DNA of 64,000 nt. Origin: Cycas panzhihuaensis (lineage: Eukaryota > Plantae > Cycadophyta). The translations under genes were made by a program, and so were the position numbers. The notes under the pieces were generated by a model. That model ran no database searches. It was not told the DNA's origin and saw nothing but the letters and a program-made list of their open reading frames with translations. Each line of letters opens with the position of its first letter. Within the stretch, counting starts at the first letter, position 1. The DNA is taken from positions 173,731,741-173,795,740 of the forward strand of contig CM041465.1 of the NCBI GenBank assembly GCA_023213395.1. Reading direction: 5' to 3'. Shown in pieces: positions 39,001-52,287 of the stretch.

Positions 39001-41064
39001 TGGTTCATTAATTGGACAAAAGAAGTATTCATGCTCTCTTATTGGTATTGGCTTTAACATATGTGTATGATAGCTTTCAAGCAGTAGAAACAAGGTAAAG
39101 TTCAAACAAAGGGAGCACTTCAACACCCACAGACCCACGAGCAAGGTGAGGATCCCAAGGTATCAAAGCAGCCAGTTGAAGTGACAAAAACCGAAGAACA
39201 ACAACAATAACAACAAATGGTTAAAGAGGACACCATCGAGACCTTGCAGAAGCATGGACAAGAACTAGTTCAAGTGAAACAACCCAACTACAATGAAGAC
39301 CCGAAGCAAGTGCATATAATGTCTGATCACTTAATGGAAAAGTCTCACAAAAGGCAAATCGAGATCAAGGGAGAGACCCAAGGAGAAGTTACACATCAGT
39401 AACATGAAGACATGGAAGAGCAAGTGAAAAAACAGTTAGTAGATGAATTTGAAGAAGAACCTCAACAAACCACATGCGAATCCAACAAGGTACTCAAGGT
39501 AGCTCTTCATCCTATGTTTCACATGCACATTTCGTTTGGTAGTTTTATGTGTCCTCTCTTATTTCCAAGTTCTGTAGTAGTAGAGAAGCCCTCCTTTTCC
39601 TATACCATGTTTAGCCAAAATCCCAATCCCCTTAGCTCTCATTTCATCGTAGAACAAATCCCAATCTCCTTATACAATCCTAATTTAATGTTACCTTTAC
39701 GCACACTTTTTTCCCCTAGAAATTTTCCTCATCAAGATATTCTAAACCTTCCATCCTCAATTGGTCAAGTTTCATCACGTAGTATGATAATTACCCCCTA
39801 CAAAACCCCACCTGGTCCATCACAACCCCCTTCTTTTCCACACCACCAAAAAAAAAAATCATTAAATCCATCATTTTCTCTGAATATCATTCCTAAGACC
39901 CTATTAAACCCTTTTTTTCATAAAGAATGTCTATCATTAATAACTTATCCATCCTTCTCCCCAAAGAATCCTAGTGGTCAAACAACACTTTAAAATTTCT
40001 CATTCAACTCAAAATCTAAATTTCATTCTGTCTTTCTAAACCTTCAAAGCTATGGTTGACCACCATTCAAAATTCTGCTTCCTCCATTTCTTTTTTAGCT
40101 AAGCAATCATTAATTCAAGACCCATACAATCGACTCTTTCGCAAATCTCCCAAATTCCATCATAACATCTCCTACTAAATTCTCAGTATTCGAATCACCT
40201 TTCATTCCATAAGCCATTTCATTAGAGGACAAAATGTGCAATCACAAGGCAAGACCAAGAAAAGGCATCTAATGCACCTCACAAGTCGTAAGATCCCTTC
40301 AATACAGGACAAGTTACAACATGTATCTGACCCCAAGAATGAGTTTCAGCAAATTCAAAACACACCTCAACAAAATCCAGCATAAGCCGCAAGATGGGAC
40401 CCAATCTTCACGACATACAAGACTTAATAGGTGGTGGCTAGAAGAACTGGTCAAGCTGAACAAAGCCAGGTGGCAAGCAATTTCCAATACTTTGAGGGTG
40501 AAGTATGATTTTAAGAGGATGGGAATTGTAGCATTCCCAAAATAAAGAAGTTTGTTTTCTATAGAGGGAGTTATTATTAGGAAATTGGTTTTTAAGAAGA
40601 TTAAAAAATGAATCATTTACTATATTTTATTATGAAGTCTGTTTTTTAGAGAGAGAATTAGGATTTGGTATTCGAGAGAGAATAAAGGCTATAAATAGAA
40701 AAGCCTTGATCATTTGTAAAACATCTTGGAGAATTTGTTGTACGTGGAATAATGGTCCCATGCCATTAGGGCATATCCATGCCAAATTGGAGGATTGCTC
40801 TCATCTCAAAGACGGTTACAACTACTAGATATTGTACCAGGTTCTATTATTCTAATATTATTATTTATTGCTTCAATTTCTATTGTTATTTAACAATGTA
40901 CGGATGTTATACTACATGAATAGATGAACTCTATTTGTTGAGTGATACTTTACGAGGATTTACTACTATAAATATATGATATCTGTTGTGAACATCTATG
41001 AATATTATCGTCATTTACTAGAAATACTATCTCTATTTGTTGTTTGAGAAGTGGACCCACTACA
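33061..41064 (+). mobile_element. Element G: non-autonomous LTR element nested in F; hosts I
   Basis: LTRs 33061-33594 and 40527-41064, TSD ATGCT/ATGCC, PBS TGGTATCAAAGC at 33597, purine tract before 40527; gag-like fragment at 38851. Confidence 0.9.
34399..38734 (-). mobile_element. Element I: internally deleted Ty1/copia (gag, protease, partial integrase, no RT/RNase H), nested in G
   Basis: 429-bp LTRs 34399-34827 and 38306-38734, TSD GCAAT/GGAAT, iMet PBS 38294-38305; gag ORF 36458-37087; TDSGAQHYI protease. Confidence 0.88.
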
Positions 41065-42699
41065 ATGCCCTAGGTAATTCCCAACATGATGTTCTAAACC
41101 TTCCACTCTCCCTACCTCCAAATTCAAAATTTGTTCTTCTATCTTATAAAACCTTATCCTATCCATCTCCACCTTCCAAACTTCCATTAATTTCTTCATA
41201 TAATTCTACACTTGTCAATCGACCCCTATTAAACACTCTTTCCCATAAAGAACAACCATCTCTAATCATGTATCTACCTTATTACCCTAAGACCTCTTAT
41301 TGTCCAACCAACCCGTTACTTATCATAACCCCTTATCAAATCAAATTCTAGGTCCAATGTACCTCTCACAATATAGCTCTCATGTCCCTAGTATCCACAC
41401 CTCTAGAATTCTTGATGGTCACCTCATCAACTCCCGCTTCACCCATTCTTTCTTACATTAGGGTTCAAACTTGTAAACAATCCCCTTTATACGACCCTCA
41501 TGGCCGCTTTTTTTCTAACCTCCCAAAGTCATATTATTGCCTCCCTACAAAACCCCCTCAATATTCTCAACACCCCACATGCCTCGAGTGAGATCATTTG
41601 AGGACAAATGTTCAACCCTAAAATAGAATTTTGGCTAGGCGCCATCAACATCACACAAGTCCCAGGATTGTTTCTCTATAAGATGGGATTCCAAATGCCA
41701 AACACAAGCATTTGCAAGTTCAGGTTACATGCCAATTATCTCCAAAAGAAGGCACAAGAATGGACCAAATTTTTACGACATACAGGACTTGGCAAGTGGC
41801 ACATTGAAGGTTATGTCAAAGTTAGCTGCAAGCAACTCCACAAGCAACTATCTATACTTGGTGAATGAAATATTTTAAGGGGAGGGGAGTTGTTGCATGC
41901 CTAATTATGTAAATTTGGTTTTTTAGAAGAATAAGGAGTTGTTACATGCCTAAATATTAATATGAAGTCATTTTTTTAGGAGAGAGAATAAGAAGTTGAT
42001 TTTTCTAGAGAGAGATTAATTAGCCCCCAACCTAGGGCTATAAATAGGGGAGCACTATTCATTTGTAATCATCTTGGAGAATTATTATCTAATCCAGAAA
42101 TGATGGCCTAGGGCCACTAGGGCACTGTTGCGCCATTGGGAGGAATCCCTTGCCTTGAAGCAGGCAATTTACTGTTGAGATTTCATCTAATTATTCTATT
42201 ATTTACTGTTGTATATTTGGTACTATTCTAAATGACTATGGAAATCTGAATGTTAATTATGATGAGATACTATATTCTGGAGTATTTATGGTGTAACAAC
42301 TATATTTTTCTATCATCACATTGTGGGCATGCCACACATATATTGCAATTTCCCCTTTGTTAGAGTTGATTATTATAGATTATCGACATATCAATTGCAA
42401 TTTGAGCCTAAGACCAAGCCATGGATTGTAATCCCCACATATCTCCTAATAGTAGTTTACCCTCTCTTTACAGAGCAAAATGTATCAATCTAAAGAGGTC
42501 GAAGAAGGAACCAGAATGTCTTCAAACCCATCTTAGGTGTTCTTGGATGCACTACGGGAACAAAGCTGAATAGAGGCATAAGTATTACATAAACGGGGTC
42601 AAGCCCAAACATAGACGATGAATAATATGATGTTCATGTTTTAACAACTGAGGACTCAACAAGCCAATCCTCATGGAATCCCCATAGTGATTCCCCTTC

Positions 42700-43862
42700 A
42701 ACCACCACCGTTCAAGTTGGACACATGTATCACCATTCCCCACTTCAACAACACAATAAATGTTGAAGTTTTAGATGGTTGGTTTCGTAGTCTAAAGGTG
42801 TATTTTAAATGTCAACAACACACAAACGAATGAAATTTTTCAGTAGTTGAAATTCACATGAAGGAACATGCCTTGATGTGGTAGTAAATGTATATTAGAA
42901 CCTGTGCACAGGTTACTACTTGGGTATGATTCAAATAGGTCCTCTAGGGCCATTTTTATGCCATCAAACATGTGGATGACAAGGAGAAGAAGTGATTGCA
43001 CCTTCAACAACAACCTAGACAGATAGTCCAACAATACATTGACACCTCCCAAAAAATGGTTATCATGGTGGGAAGCAACAGACTCCAACCACACACTAAT
43101 GCTTGAGTTCATTGGCAATCTTTCCCCCTCTCAATAATAGGGTCTAGAACTCCTCACAATTACCACTTTGGACCAAGCCTATCAGTATGCATTGAACGTG
43201 GGGAGTCAAGTTCATAGGAGACGGCCATCGAAACCACAACAGTAGTTTCAACAAAGACAACCCTTCTACCGAAGAAAGGGTATTTTTGGAGGGAATCACC
43301 CTCAACCTTAGCCACATCCTACCACAACAACTTCTCTAACTATGGAATGAACCACCTTGACAACAAAGGAGAAGGGTCCTCATAAGTATTGCAACTATTA
43401 AAGTCCTTTGGACATTCCAAAGAGGAATGTTTAAAGCAGAAAGGCCAACGTAGGCCCAAGACTTTGGAAGCTAAAGAGGAAGTAGATAATGGAAGCACAA
43501 TAGGCCCCACAAATAAAGACTTTGCATTGTTGGTCACCAACCAGATCGTGACCAGCCTACGCTTGCTACTCATGCCCAAGAATTTCTCTACCTCTAAAAG
43601 ACAGACCTTGTTCACACAAAACTACCAAGTCAAGGACCGAATTTTACTTTGCACAATTGATAATTGCAATGTGAAGAATTTGATCTCTGACTGACTAGTT
43701 AGGGATCTTGGACTCCGTACTAAACCTCGTCCAACCCCTTGCAAACTTAGTTGGGCTAAAAACGGCGGACCATAGACGCAAGTAGATCAAGTCTGCAATG
43801 TAACCTTTGCAATTGACCCATTCATTAATACAACCATCTATGGCATGACACCCATGGACAAG
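42700..43862 (+). pseudogene. Element J remnant: degenerate Ty3/gypsy (CRM-like) gag-protease; start approximate
   Basis: DGWFRSLKVYF-like gag, CNYxxSFGHSKEEC knuckle, CTIDNCNVKNLIS..LGL..PCKLSW protease region; ends where LTR K begins. Confidence 0.7.
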
Positions 43863-44259
43863 TGTGATGTTCCTAACTATGTGAAGTCAATTTTTAGGAA
43901 GGAGGAATTATTAATGTGCAAATATTTTTAGGAGAGAGAATAAGAAGTCAATTTTTAGAAAGAGAAAAATAGAGCTATAAATAGGGAGCATTATTCATTT
44001 GTAAATCAATCTTGGAGAATTTATTATTTGATCTGGACTAATGGCCTACAGCTAATAGGGCATTGTTGTGCTACTTGGGAGGAAACCCTTGCCTCAAAGA
44101 GGGCATTGGCTTGTTGATATTTCATCTGTTATTTACATTATTTATTGTTGTAAATCTAATATTACTTATATTGAGATGTTGAGTTCTAAATAATTTGTGA
44201 TGTAATTGTTATGTTTTCTATTTTAAATCAGCGAGCATTACCACAACTGATATCAAAGC
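43863..44259 (+). mobile_element. Element K: 5' LTR plus PBS of an E/F-family element, remainder lost
   Basis: TG at 43863 ...ACCACA at 44245, similarity to F LTR, decayed PBS TGATATCAAAGC 44248-44259. Confidence 0.8.
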
Positions 44260-44786
44260 AAAGCTTTTAATTTGTCTTGAAATTTTTTTAAGATTGTGAT
44301 AGACTTTTGAGACCTATTTACTCGCTACCAATTTTTCTGTTTCATGCAAACACTATTATTAATTGCTAGCAGAGATAGTGGGCACCATTATCATCAGATT
44401 TTGACCAGGAGATTGTATTGGCATACAAGGTTTTAGGGATCATATTTATGTGACGAATCATTGTAGAGAGGGAGAATAGTAGCGTCACAAGCATCTAAAT
44501 CTACAATATAAAATGAGCAAATAGAAAGCAAATTCATTCTACTTATCTATTCAATGTTTGTAAGAAGATCCAATAGCTCCTTTTATTGGGGCAATTATGC
44601 ATAACATCAAAAGAAAACCTATGATGCATCCCGTAGGCAACATCCCCAAAGGAAAATAACAGAATGACATATCCCACCTATAGAGGACTCCACAAATACT
44701 TATCTAGAGGCTCGAGCAAGGGCACTCATCCTAGGTAATGCGTAGAGGAAAATACTCCGGTAATTAGCAAAAGAAAAGGAAGATAT

Positions 44787-47700
44787 TGTTAGGATATAAT
44801 GTTTTATCTAGATAATGTAAAGGGTAATGTGACAAACCCTTGTTATGTAACTCACACTTGATAAAGTGACATGTGTCACTCTAGGAGAAGTTAGTTACAA
44901 ATTAGGATACAACGGTTACAAGAATTGATATATATTTAAGGAGATCACTTCTCCAAAGGAATACAAGTTTGTTCCCATAATTCTCTTCTATTGCTAAGTT
45001 TCTCTGCATTAAACTAACATGGTATCAGAGCAGGTCCAACTGCTCATCTAGAAAGAGGACTTAATTATCTGGTGCTTGTTTCAAGAGCTGAGAGTCTTCA
45101 AGAAGAAGAAGTAAGACTGAGAAGACATCTGAAAGGAGATTTTTTCAACAAGAATTCACTATGTACGGACCTGTATGGAAATCGTACGGACGAAAATTTT
45201 CAAAATCCTCAGAATTCAACAAAATTTGGTGGGGAGGTAGATCTCGACAAGGCCGTCACTTCTCTCAACTGGCCTGACTTCATCAGAGGCCATTTCAAGG
45301 CAGTTTCATGCAATTTACAGTCCGCGTGGGTTTGGAGAGCATTTCTGCCAAAATCTTCAAAAATTTCAAACTTACTTGGGTAAAACCTATTCCAAACTTT
45401 GAGTTTTCAGATTTCGGAGGCTTTGAGAGCGATTTCAAACTTTTCCGTGAAGTATTTTGGATTTTTGGAGTGATTTTCATCAAAACCCTAGTCGCCATTT
45501 TTTAGCTTTTGGGCTGATTTTCTGCAAATTGAATGATTGTCTCCAAAAAATAACTTCAGATCTGGAATCAACATAAAAACGTCTCTCTTTTGAGGTATAA
45601 TTTGATCCATTCTGTACAGTTAGGGTTTTGTACAAAAATCTGTACAGTTGTATGGTCAGCCCTGTTAAGTGCAGATTTCTACTGTCTTTGATGGCGTCCC
45701 CATCTTTGGTTTATCTGATCAAGATAAACTTACAAATACCAATTATCACATTTGGAAAATAAAGGTTGAAACACTTCGAAGGGCAAGAAATGCCTGGAAT
45801 ATTGCCAATGGCACTTAACCCAAGCCAGTCGATGCCAGTACGTCTTTGCCCGATTGGATGGAAAGAGACAATATAGGAGTAATTATTTTGAAGCTTTCGG
45901 TTTCAGATCCCCTTCTGGTATATGTAGAAAAATTGAGTTCTACCTCAACTATCTCGAAATGCTTTGAAAATCTCTTCGGCCAAAAGAACAAAGCAAGGAT
46001 ATTCTCTCTCAAGGAAGATTTATACAACCTTCACATGAAAGAAAATAAAATAGTAACTAAATTCATACATGAAGTTACTTCACTTAGGAATAGCCTCCTG
46101 AGTGCAGGAGATGTTGTTCCAGAGCAAGAGTTGGTTCAAATGGTGGCTAGTAAGCTACCAAAATCCTTTGATGTAACCATCAATACCATAACGAACAACA
46201 GTGAAATTGATACTATGTCCCTTGACAAACTGACTAGGTTATTGTCAAGACAAGAACAAAGAAACAGGCGCTATGAAGATTCATCAGAATTGGAGGATGC
46301 CTCTGCATCCAGGCTGAACTTGGGACCTCTGGGACATGGCCAAACACAAGGAAGAGGTCACACTCCAGACGCCAGAAGCCTTGTTTGTGGCCGTTGGCAG
46401 GACACCAGAGGATATGGACTAGGCAGAGACTCCAGAATTTGTTTCTGTTGTGGCAGACCTGGACATTTCTCCAGTGCTTGTAGAACGTTTAACATGTGTT
46501 ACCATTGCAGGCAATCAAGACACTATCCTTATCAGTGTCCACAGAGAAGAGCAGATATTCGGAGAGGGAAGTGTACAATTGGCAACTACAGCAAAGAACA
46601 AACTAAGGAGGAAGAAGAGGAAACAGCATTTATTGCCGCACTATCAGCAGGACTGAAGGAAGGAGATATGGTACATCAACTCAAGGGCTTCGCGACATAT
46701 GACTAATCGTAAAGATTGGTTTGAAATTTTGAAACCCTACAGCATGGACAAATCAGTTGAGTTAGGGCACAAATACCCACTTGGCATAAAAGGAGCAGGT
46801 AACATTGTTAACCTACAAGGAAATGTGAAAAAAATTGGGAATGTATTGTTGGTCCCTGGATTAAAAATGAATCTTCTTTCTGTTTCACAACTTAGCAAAA
46901 AGGGACTAAGAACTGTATTTGACAAAGAAGGCTATTGTCATATACTAGATATGAAAAATAATGGGGAAGCAATAGCTAAAGGTATAAAATGTAATGATCT
47001 GTATAGACTGATGTCAGATCCTATAATACCCAACCTGGGTCTAAAAGCTTGTACTGCTGTAAATTCTAATAATAAAGCGTGGCATTTGAAGTATGGACAT
47101 CTTCCAATAGAAACATTAAAACTAATACAAAAATATGGCATGGTGAATGGACTACTTCACATCTCCTCTGATAATTTTGTCTATAAGGGTTGTCAATTCG
47201 GTAAATAGCATCAACTACCATTCAAAGAGAGCCAATGGAGGGCACAAACCAAGTTGGAATTAATTCATACGGATCTTTGTGGACCACTCACACCCCTTTC
47301 AATAAATGGTTGCAGATACTTTCTAACCTTTATTGATGACTTCACTCGAAAGGTATGGGTGTATTTTCTCCATAACAAAATAGAAATTTTTTAAGTTTTT
47401 AAGGAATTCAAAGCAGAGGTAGAACTGGAATCTGAAGCAAAAGTAAAATGCATTAGATCAGACAAAGGTGGTGAATACATCTCAAAGGACTTTCTAAACT
47501 ACTGCAAGATAAATGGGATACGTAGACAAGTTACAACTCCCTATACTCCTCAATCCAACGGAGTTGCCTAAAGGAAGAACATAACTCTAATGGAAATGGC
47601 TCCACTGGTAAAAAAATTCCAAAATCATATTCCAAAATCAGGTCGTTAGTACTGCTTGCTATCTAATAAACAGAAGCCCAACGAAAGCATTGGAGAACAT

Positions 47701-48055
47701 CACACCTGAGGAACCATGGACAGGTAAGAAACCCAATGTCAATTCTCTTAAGATATTTGGTAGCCAAGCCTTCGTTCACATACCAAATAAGACGAGATCA
47801 AAACTTGATGCAAAAAGCATACAATGTATCATGATAGGATACAACAAAAACTCAAAAGCTTACAAATGCATTGATTCGAAAACAAATAAAACTTATGTAA
47901 GCCGAGATGTTGTCTTTAATGAAGAAGACAATTTAGGTGTTCAGTCTCAAATGAAAGTAATTAAAGGAGGAGCAAAGAATTCAAGTCACGAAATCTTCAC
48001 AAATGAAACATCAGATATCACCATAGAAGAGATTACCTTCACAGAATCCTCTTCA
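44787..48055 (+). mobile_element. Element L: 3'-truncated Ty1/copia (5' LTR, gag, protease, integrase)
   Basis: 233-bp LTR 44787-45019, perfect iMet PBS 45020-45031, gag from 45691 with two CCHC knuckles, integrase to SRDVVFNE; no RT and no second LTR. Confidence 0.88.
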
Positions 48056-51000
48056 ACTAACAAAAAGATGGAAATAGCTTCCTTACTCTTAAACGGAAGG
48101 GCGTTAAGATGGTACTATTGGTGGCAAAAGATAAACGTACCAATTCAATAGACCTGGGTGAACCTAAGAGCAAGTTTAGTAGAGCAATATGACGACTCTT
48201 AGAATATGGATTACTTTGCTCAATTAACACGGTTACATCAACAGGGAACAATCCCAGAATACACAAAACAGTTCCAAACTCTACAATGTATGGTCTCAAA
48301 AAAAAAAACCTCAAGAATGTTTATTCGATACTTATATCAGCAAATTGAAAAATTAGATCAAGTTTACAGTTAAAGCAATAGACCCACCACAACTCCAAGT
48401 AGCAATTCGGACAACAAGGAATGTGGAGGCAAAACTCAGAGATAGCAAGTCAACATATACGAGGAGATATGAGCCACCATCATCTCATACCCAGAATACT
48501 AATTGGGCAAGATCGAGAATAAAAGCAGACCCTTCATTAACTATAAAGAATATAGGAGAAAGCTCAGGAACAATAAAAGAGGAGCACTTAAGAAAGGGGA
48601 TGTGCTTCAAGTGTGGAGGGAAATGGAATAAGGAGCACCAGTGCCCGATAAAAAGGGTTTTCATGATTAACAATGAGGGCGTAGAAATACCAGAAGAAGC
48701 AGAGGAAGAAGTTGAACAAAACCAAAGGGCGGAAAGTGAGGAAAATGAACTTATGGAAGTAGATACAGGGAATGTCCAAATATCATTGCAGGCCATTACG
48801 GGGCAACAAGTATCCCCGTAAACCCTAAGATTCCAAGAACAAATTGAGGGGACACCAGTATCAATCTTAGTAGATAGCGGAAGTACACACAATTTTATAA
48901 ACAGGGCATCGGCAAAGAAACTAGGATTACAAGTGAAACCTCTCAACACATTCTAGGTGTCAATAGCAAATGGGAGAACAACGTTGTGTGGAGGATATTG
49001 TAAAGACACAACTCTCCAGATCAATGATTACAAAGTCACAACTTGTATGTTTGCCATGCCCATAGGCAGAGTGGACGCAATTCTGAGGATTCAATGGCTA
49101 CAAATGCTAGGGAACATCATTACCAACTATATGACAAGATTTATGTGTTTCCGACAAAAGAGACACAAATATCGATTGCAAGCCCCAGCCACACCTCTAG
49201 TTCAGCTTGTATCATCACATAGGATGGAAAAAATTCTAAAGAAGAATCCGCAAGCATACGTACTATCATGTTACAAAGTAGAGATAAAAGACATTCCTCC
49301 AGAGATTCGAGCAATCACAGAAGAACATTAGGGAGATTTTGTAAAACCCCAAGGACTATCACTGAAAAGGGAATATGAGCATGCAATAGATCCTATCTCT
49401 GTAGCAATACCAGTAAATATTCCTCTGTATAGACATCCTTATCATCTTCGGAAGGAAATTGAACAAATCACACAGAAATCATTACACCAAGGCGTAGTGG
49501 CAAAAAGCATGAGTTTGTTCGCTTCTCCCATGGTAGTCAATCCAAAGAAGGATAGATCTTACAGAATGTGCATGGATTATCGTGGCTTGAATAAATTGAC
49601 CATAAAGAATCGGTATCCTGTCCCAAGGATCAAAGATTTGTTAGATGAATTACATGGAGCCAGTACTTTTCAAAAATAGATTTATGCTCAGGATACTACC
49701 AAATAAGAGTCAAAGAAGAAGATATCTACAAAACTGCATTCAGGACACATGATAGATTGTTTGAATTCAAGGTTATGCCTTTCGGCTTCACGAATGCTCC
49801 AGCCACCTTCCAGAGCATAATGAATTTAATATGAAAACACGTCCTAAGGAAATTTTTGATAGTTTTTTTTTGACGATATCCTGATCTACAACAAAAATTG
49901 AGAAGAACATTTGAAACATATAAAGGCTATTTTGATCATGTGAGAGAAATCACAATTGTTTGCAAATAAGAAAAAAGTGTTCTTTTGCAAAGGAGGAGTT
50001 AGAGTATCTGGGCCACATTATCATAGGCGAAGGAATCAAAATTGATCCAAAAAAGATCCAAGCAATTGTAAGTTTGCCAATTCCGAAGAATGTCATAGGA
50101 ATAAGAAGTTTTTTGGGTGCAGCAGGATTCCTAAGAGATTTCATAAAAGGGTATGCACACATAGCATCGCCACTAACAGATCTGACCAAAAAAGACGCTT
50201 TCAGATGGAACTCAGGAGTAGAGGGAGTGTTTCAAGAATTAAAACAAGCAATGGTCACAGCTCTAGTATTGGCCTTACTAGATTTCACACAACCATTCGC
50301 ATTGGAATGTGATGCTTCAGGGTTTCGAATTGGTGCAGTTTAATTACAAGGAGGGAGGCCTATAGCTTACGAAAGTCGAAAGTTGAATAATAGGGGAAAA
50401 ATGAAGCCAATATATGACAAAGAGATGTTGCCCATTATGCACACAATACACCAATGGTGGCAGTATCTATTAAGGAGCAAATTTGTGGTCAAAACTGATC
50501 ATGATAGCCTAAAGTACTTTCTGAATCAAAAGGCATTATTCGATGAGCACAAAGGTGGGTCAACAAATTGCAAGCTTTCGACTTCACAATAGAATACAAA
50601 AAAGGGAAAGAAAATGTGATAACAAATGCCCTATCCAAACTGCCAAACGAAGGAAAGATTGAAGCCTCAACCAATTCAACGACAATAGCAACCCCAAAAT
50701 GGATGATTGATTTAGCAACAGAATATGAAGACGACAAGATATCACAAGAAATAAGACAAGAGATCAAAGAAGGAAAAGCGGAGCAGTTCATGGAACAAGG
50801 AGGCCAAATCCTAAGGAAAGAAAAAATATTTGTTCCAAAAGCAAGCAAACTAAAGGAAGTATTACTTCAACAAGCTCACTCAACTCCAATCTCAGGGCAT
50901 TCAGGTTGAAAATCGACGTCCTCTGATTTATGTCAGAATGTGATACGTGTCAAAGGAATAAGACTAAATCTATACAGACACCCAAATTGCTACAACCTCT

Positions 51001-52287
51001 TCCCATTCCCCACTAAAAATGGGAAGAAATCTCTATGTATTTTATTACAGGTCTTCCTCGATCAGAAGGAAAGGATGTCATTTTTGTAGTGGTAGATAAT
51101 TGACTAAATCCACCCATTTCAGGGGAACTTAAACGGGAGCAAGAGCAAGCCAAATAGCATAACTGTATATGAAAGAAATACATAGGCTACATGGCTTTCC
51201 AAGGATTATAGTCAATAACAGGGACCCAAATTCACAAGTCACTTTTGGAAGGAGCTGTTTAAAGCAATTGACACTAGCCTACATATGAGCTCAGTGTGCC
51301 ACCTGCACATAGATGGCCAGACGGAAATAGTTAACAAATTCATGGAGGGATACTTAAGAAACTTCGCATTAGATAAACAGACGTAATGGCATTGATGGCT
51401 CCATTTGGTAGAATGGTGGTATAATGCCACATACCATGCAGCGGCAAAAATGTCATAGTTTCAAGCGCCATATGGGTATGAACCCCCATCACTCTTGAAT
51501 TGGCTAAATACGTCTAAAGATTAGACAGTCCAAGAAAACCTAGAGCAGATGCAAGAAACAATTTGAATACTAAAGAATAATTTGGAGATGGCAAAGAATA
51601 GGATGAAACAACAAGCAGATGCAAAGAGATTTGAACGGAGTTTCGAGATAGGAGAATGGGTGTTCCTAAGACTCCAACCCTACAAGCTGATGTCGATGAG
51701 ACAAAATAATCTACATAAGTTATCACCAAGATGTGGAAAATGGGCATTAGGCCACATTAATCCCAAGATCATAAGTACAATCACAATACTATAAATGCAT
51801 GAAAGCATGAAAGCATAAAGAGCACAAACTGAAATAGGAGCAAGAGAAAATGATACCCAATATGTGGAGTTGGAATTGGTCCAACCTCCCAAGAAGAAAC
51901 AGTTTGATTAGCAAACTGGTAGCACAACAATACAGCTCCAACTCTCCTTGTGAGACAATGAGGAGAGGTCTCATTATAAAGAGTGAAATGAGAGACCTAA
52001 GGCCTTGGATGTTTGACAAGTGTCAAACATCCAAGATACATGACTTGGATCATGAGCAAAAGTGCTTGGATCCTCATCTAAGGCCTTGGATGTTTGACAA
52101 GTGTCAAACATCCAAGATACATCACTTGGATCACTCAAAAAAGTGCATGAGGGTCCATTGACCCTTTAGTGACAACGTTGTGTCACTAGAAAGAATGTGG
52201 GTGTGCACTTTATCACTTAAGTGATAAGTCACCCCTAAAGTAAAAAGTGCATATATTACAAAAAATAAAAGTACATTAACTTAACAT

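Larger units (their letters stand above)
30747..42336 (+). mobile_element. Element F: non-autonomous LTR element (E-related family); hosts G
   Basis: LTRs 30747-31191 and 41891-42336, TSD CATAT, perfect iMet PBS 31194-31205, PPT ending 41890; gag-like fragment at 32284; no RT/INT. Confidence 0.92.

Noticed and set aside
42101-42167. Assignment of the LTR motif to twister, HDV-like or hammerhead ribozymes
   Set aside because: CCC..GC..GAGGG and CCTCGC/GGGCAAC resemble parts of them, but the twister P2/UAA, HDV P1/P4 and hammerhead CUGANGA/GAAA elements could not be placed; kept only as an unclassified structure
44417-44786. Additional minus-strand LTR fragment hosting L
   Set aside because: LTR-like composition only; no partner LTR, PBS or TSD in the window
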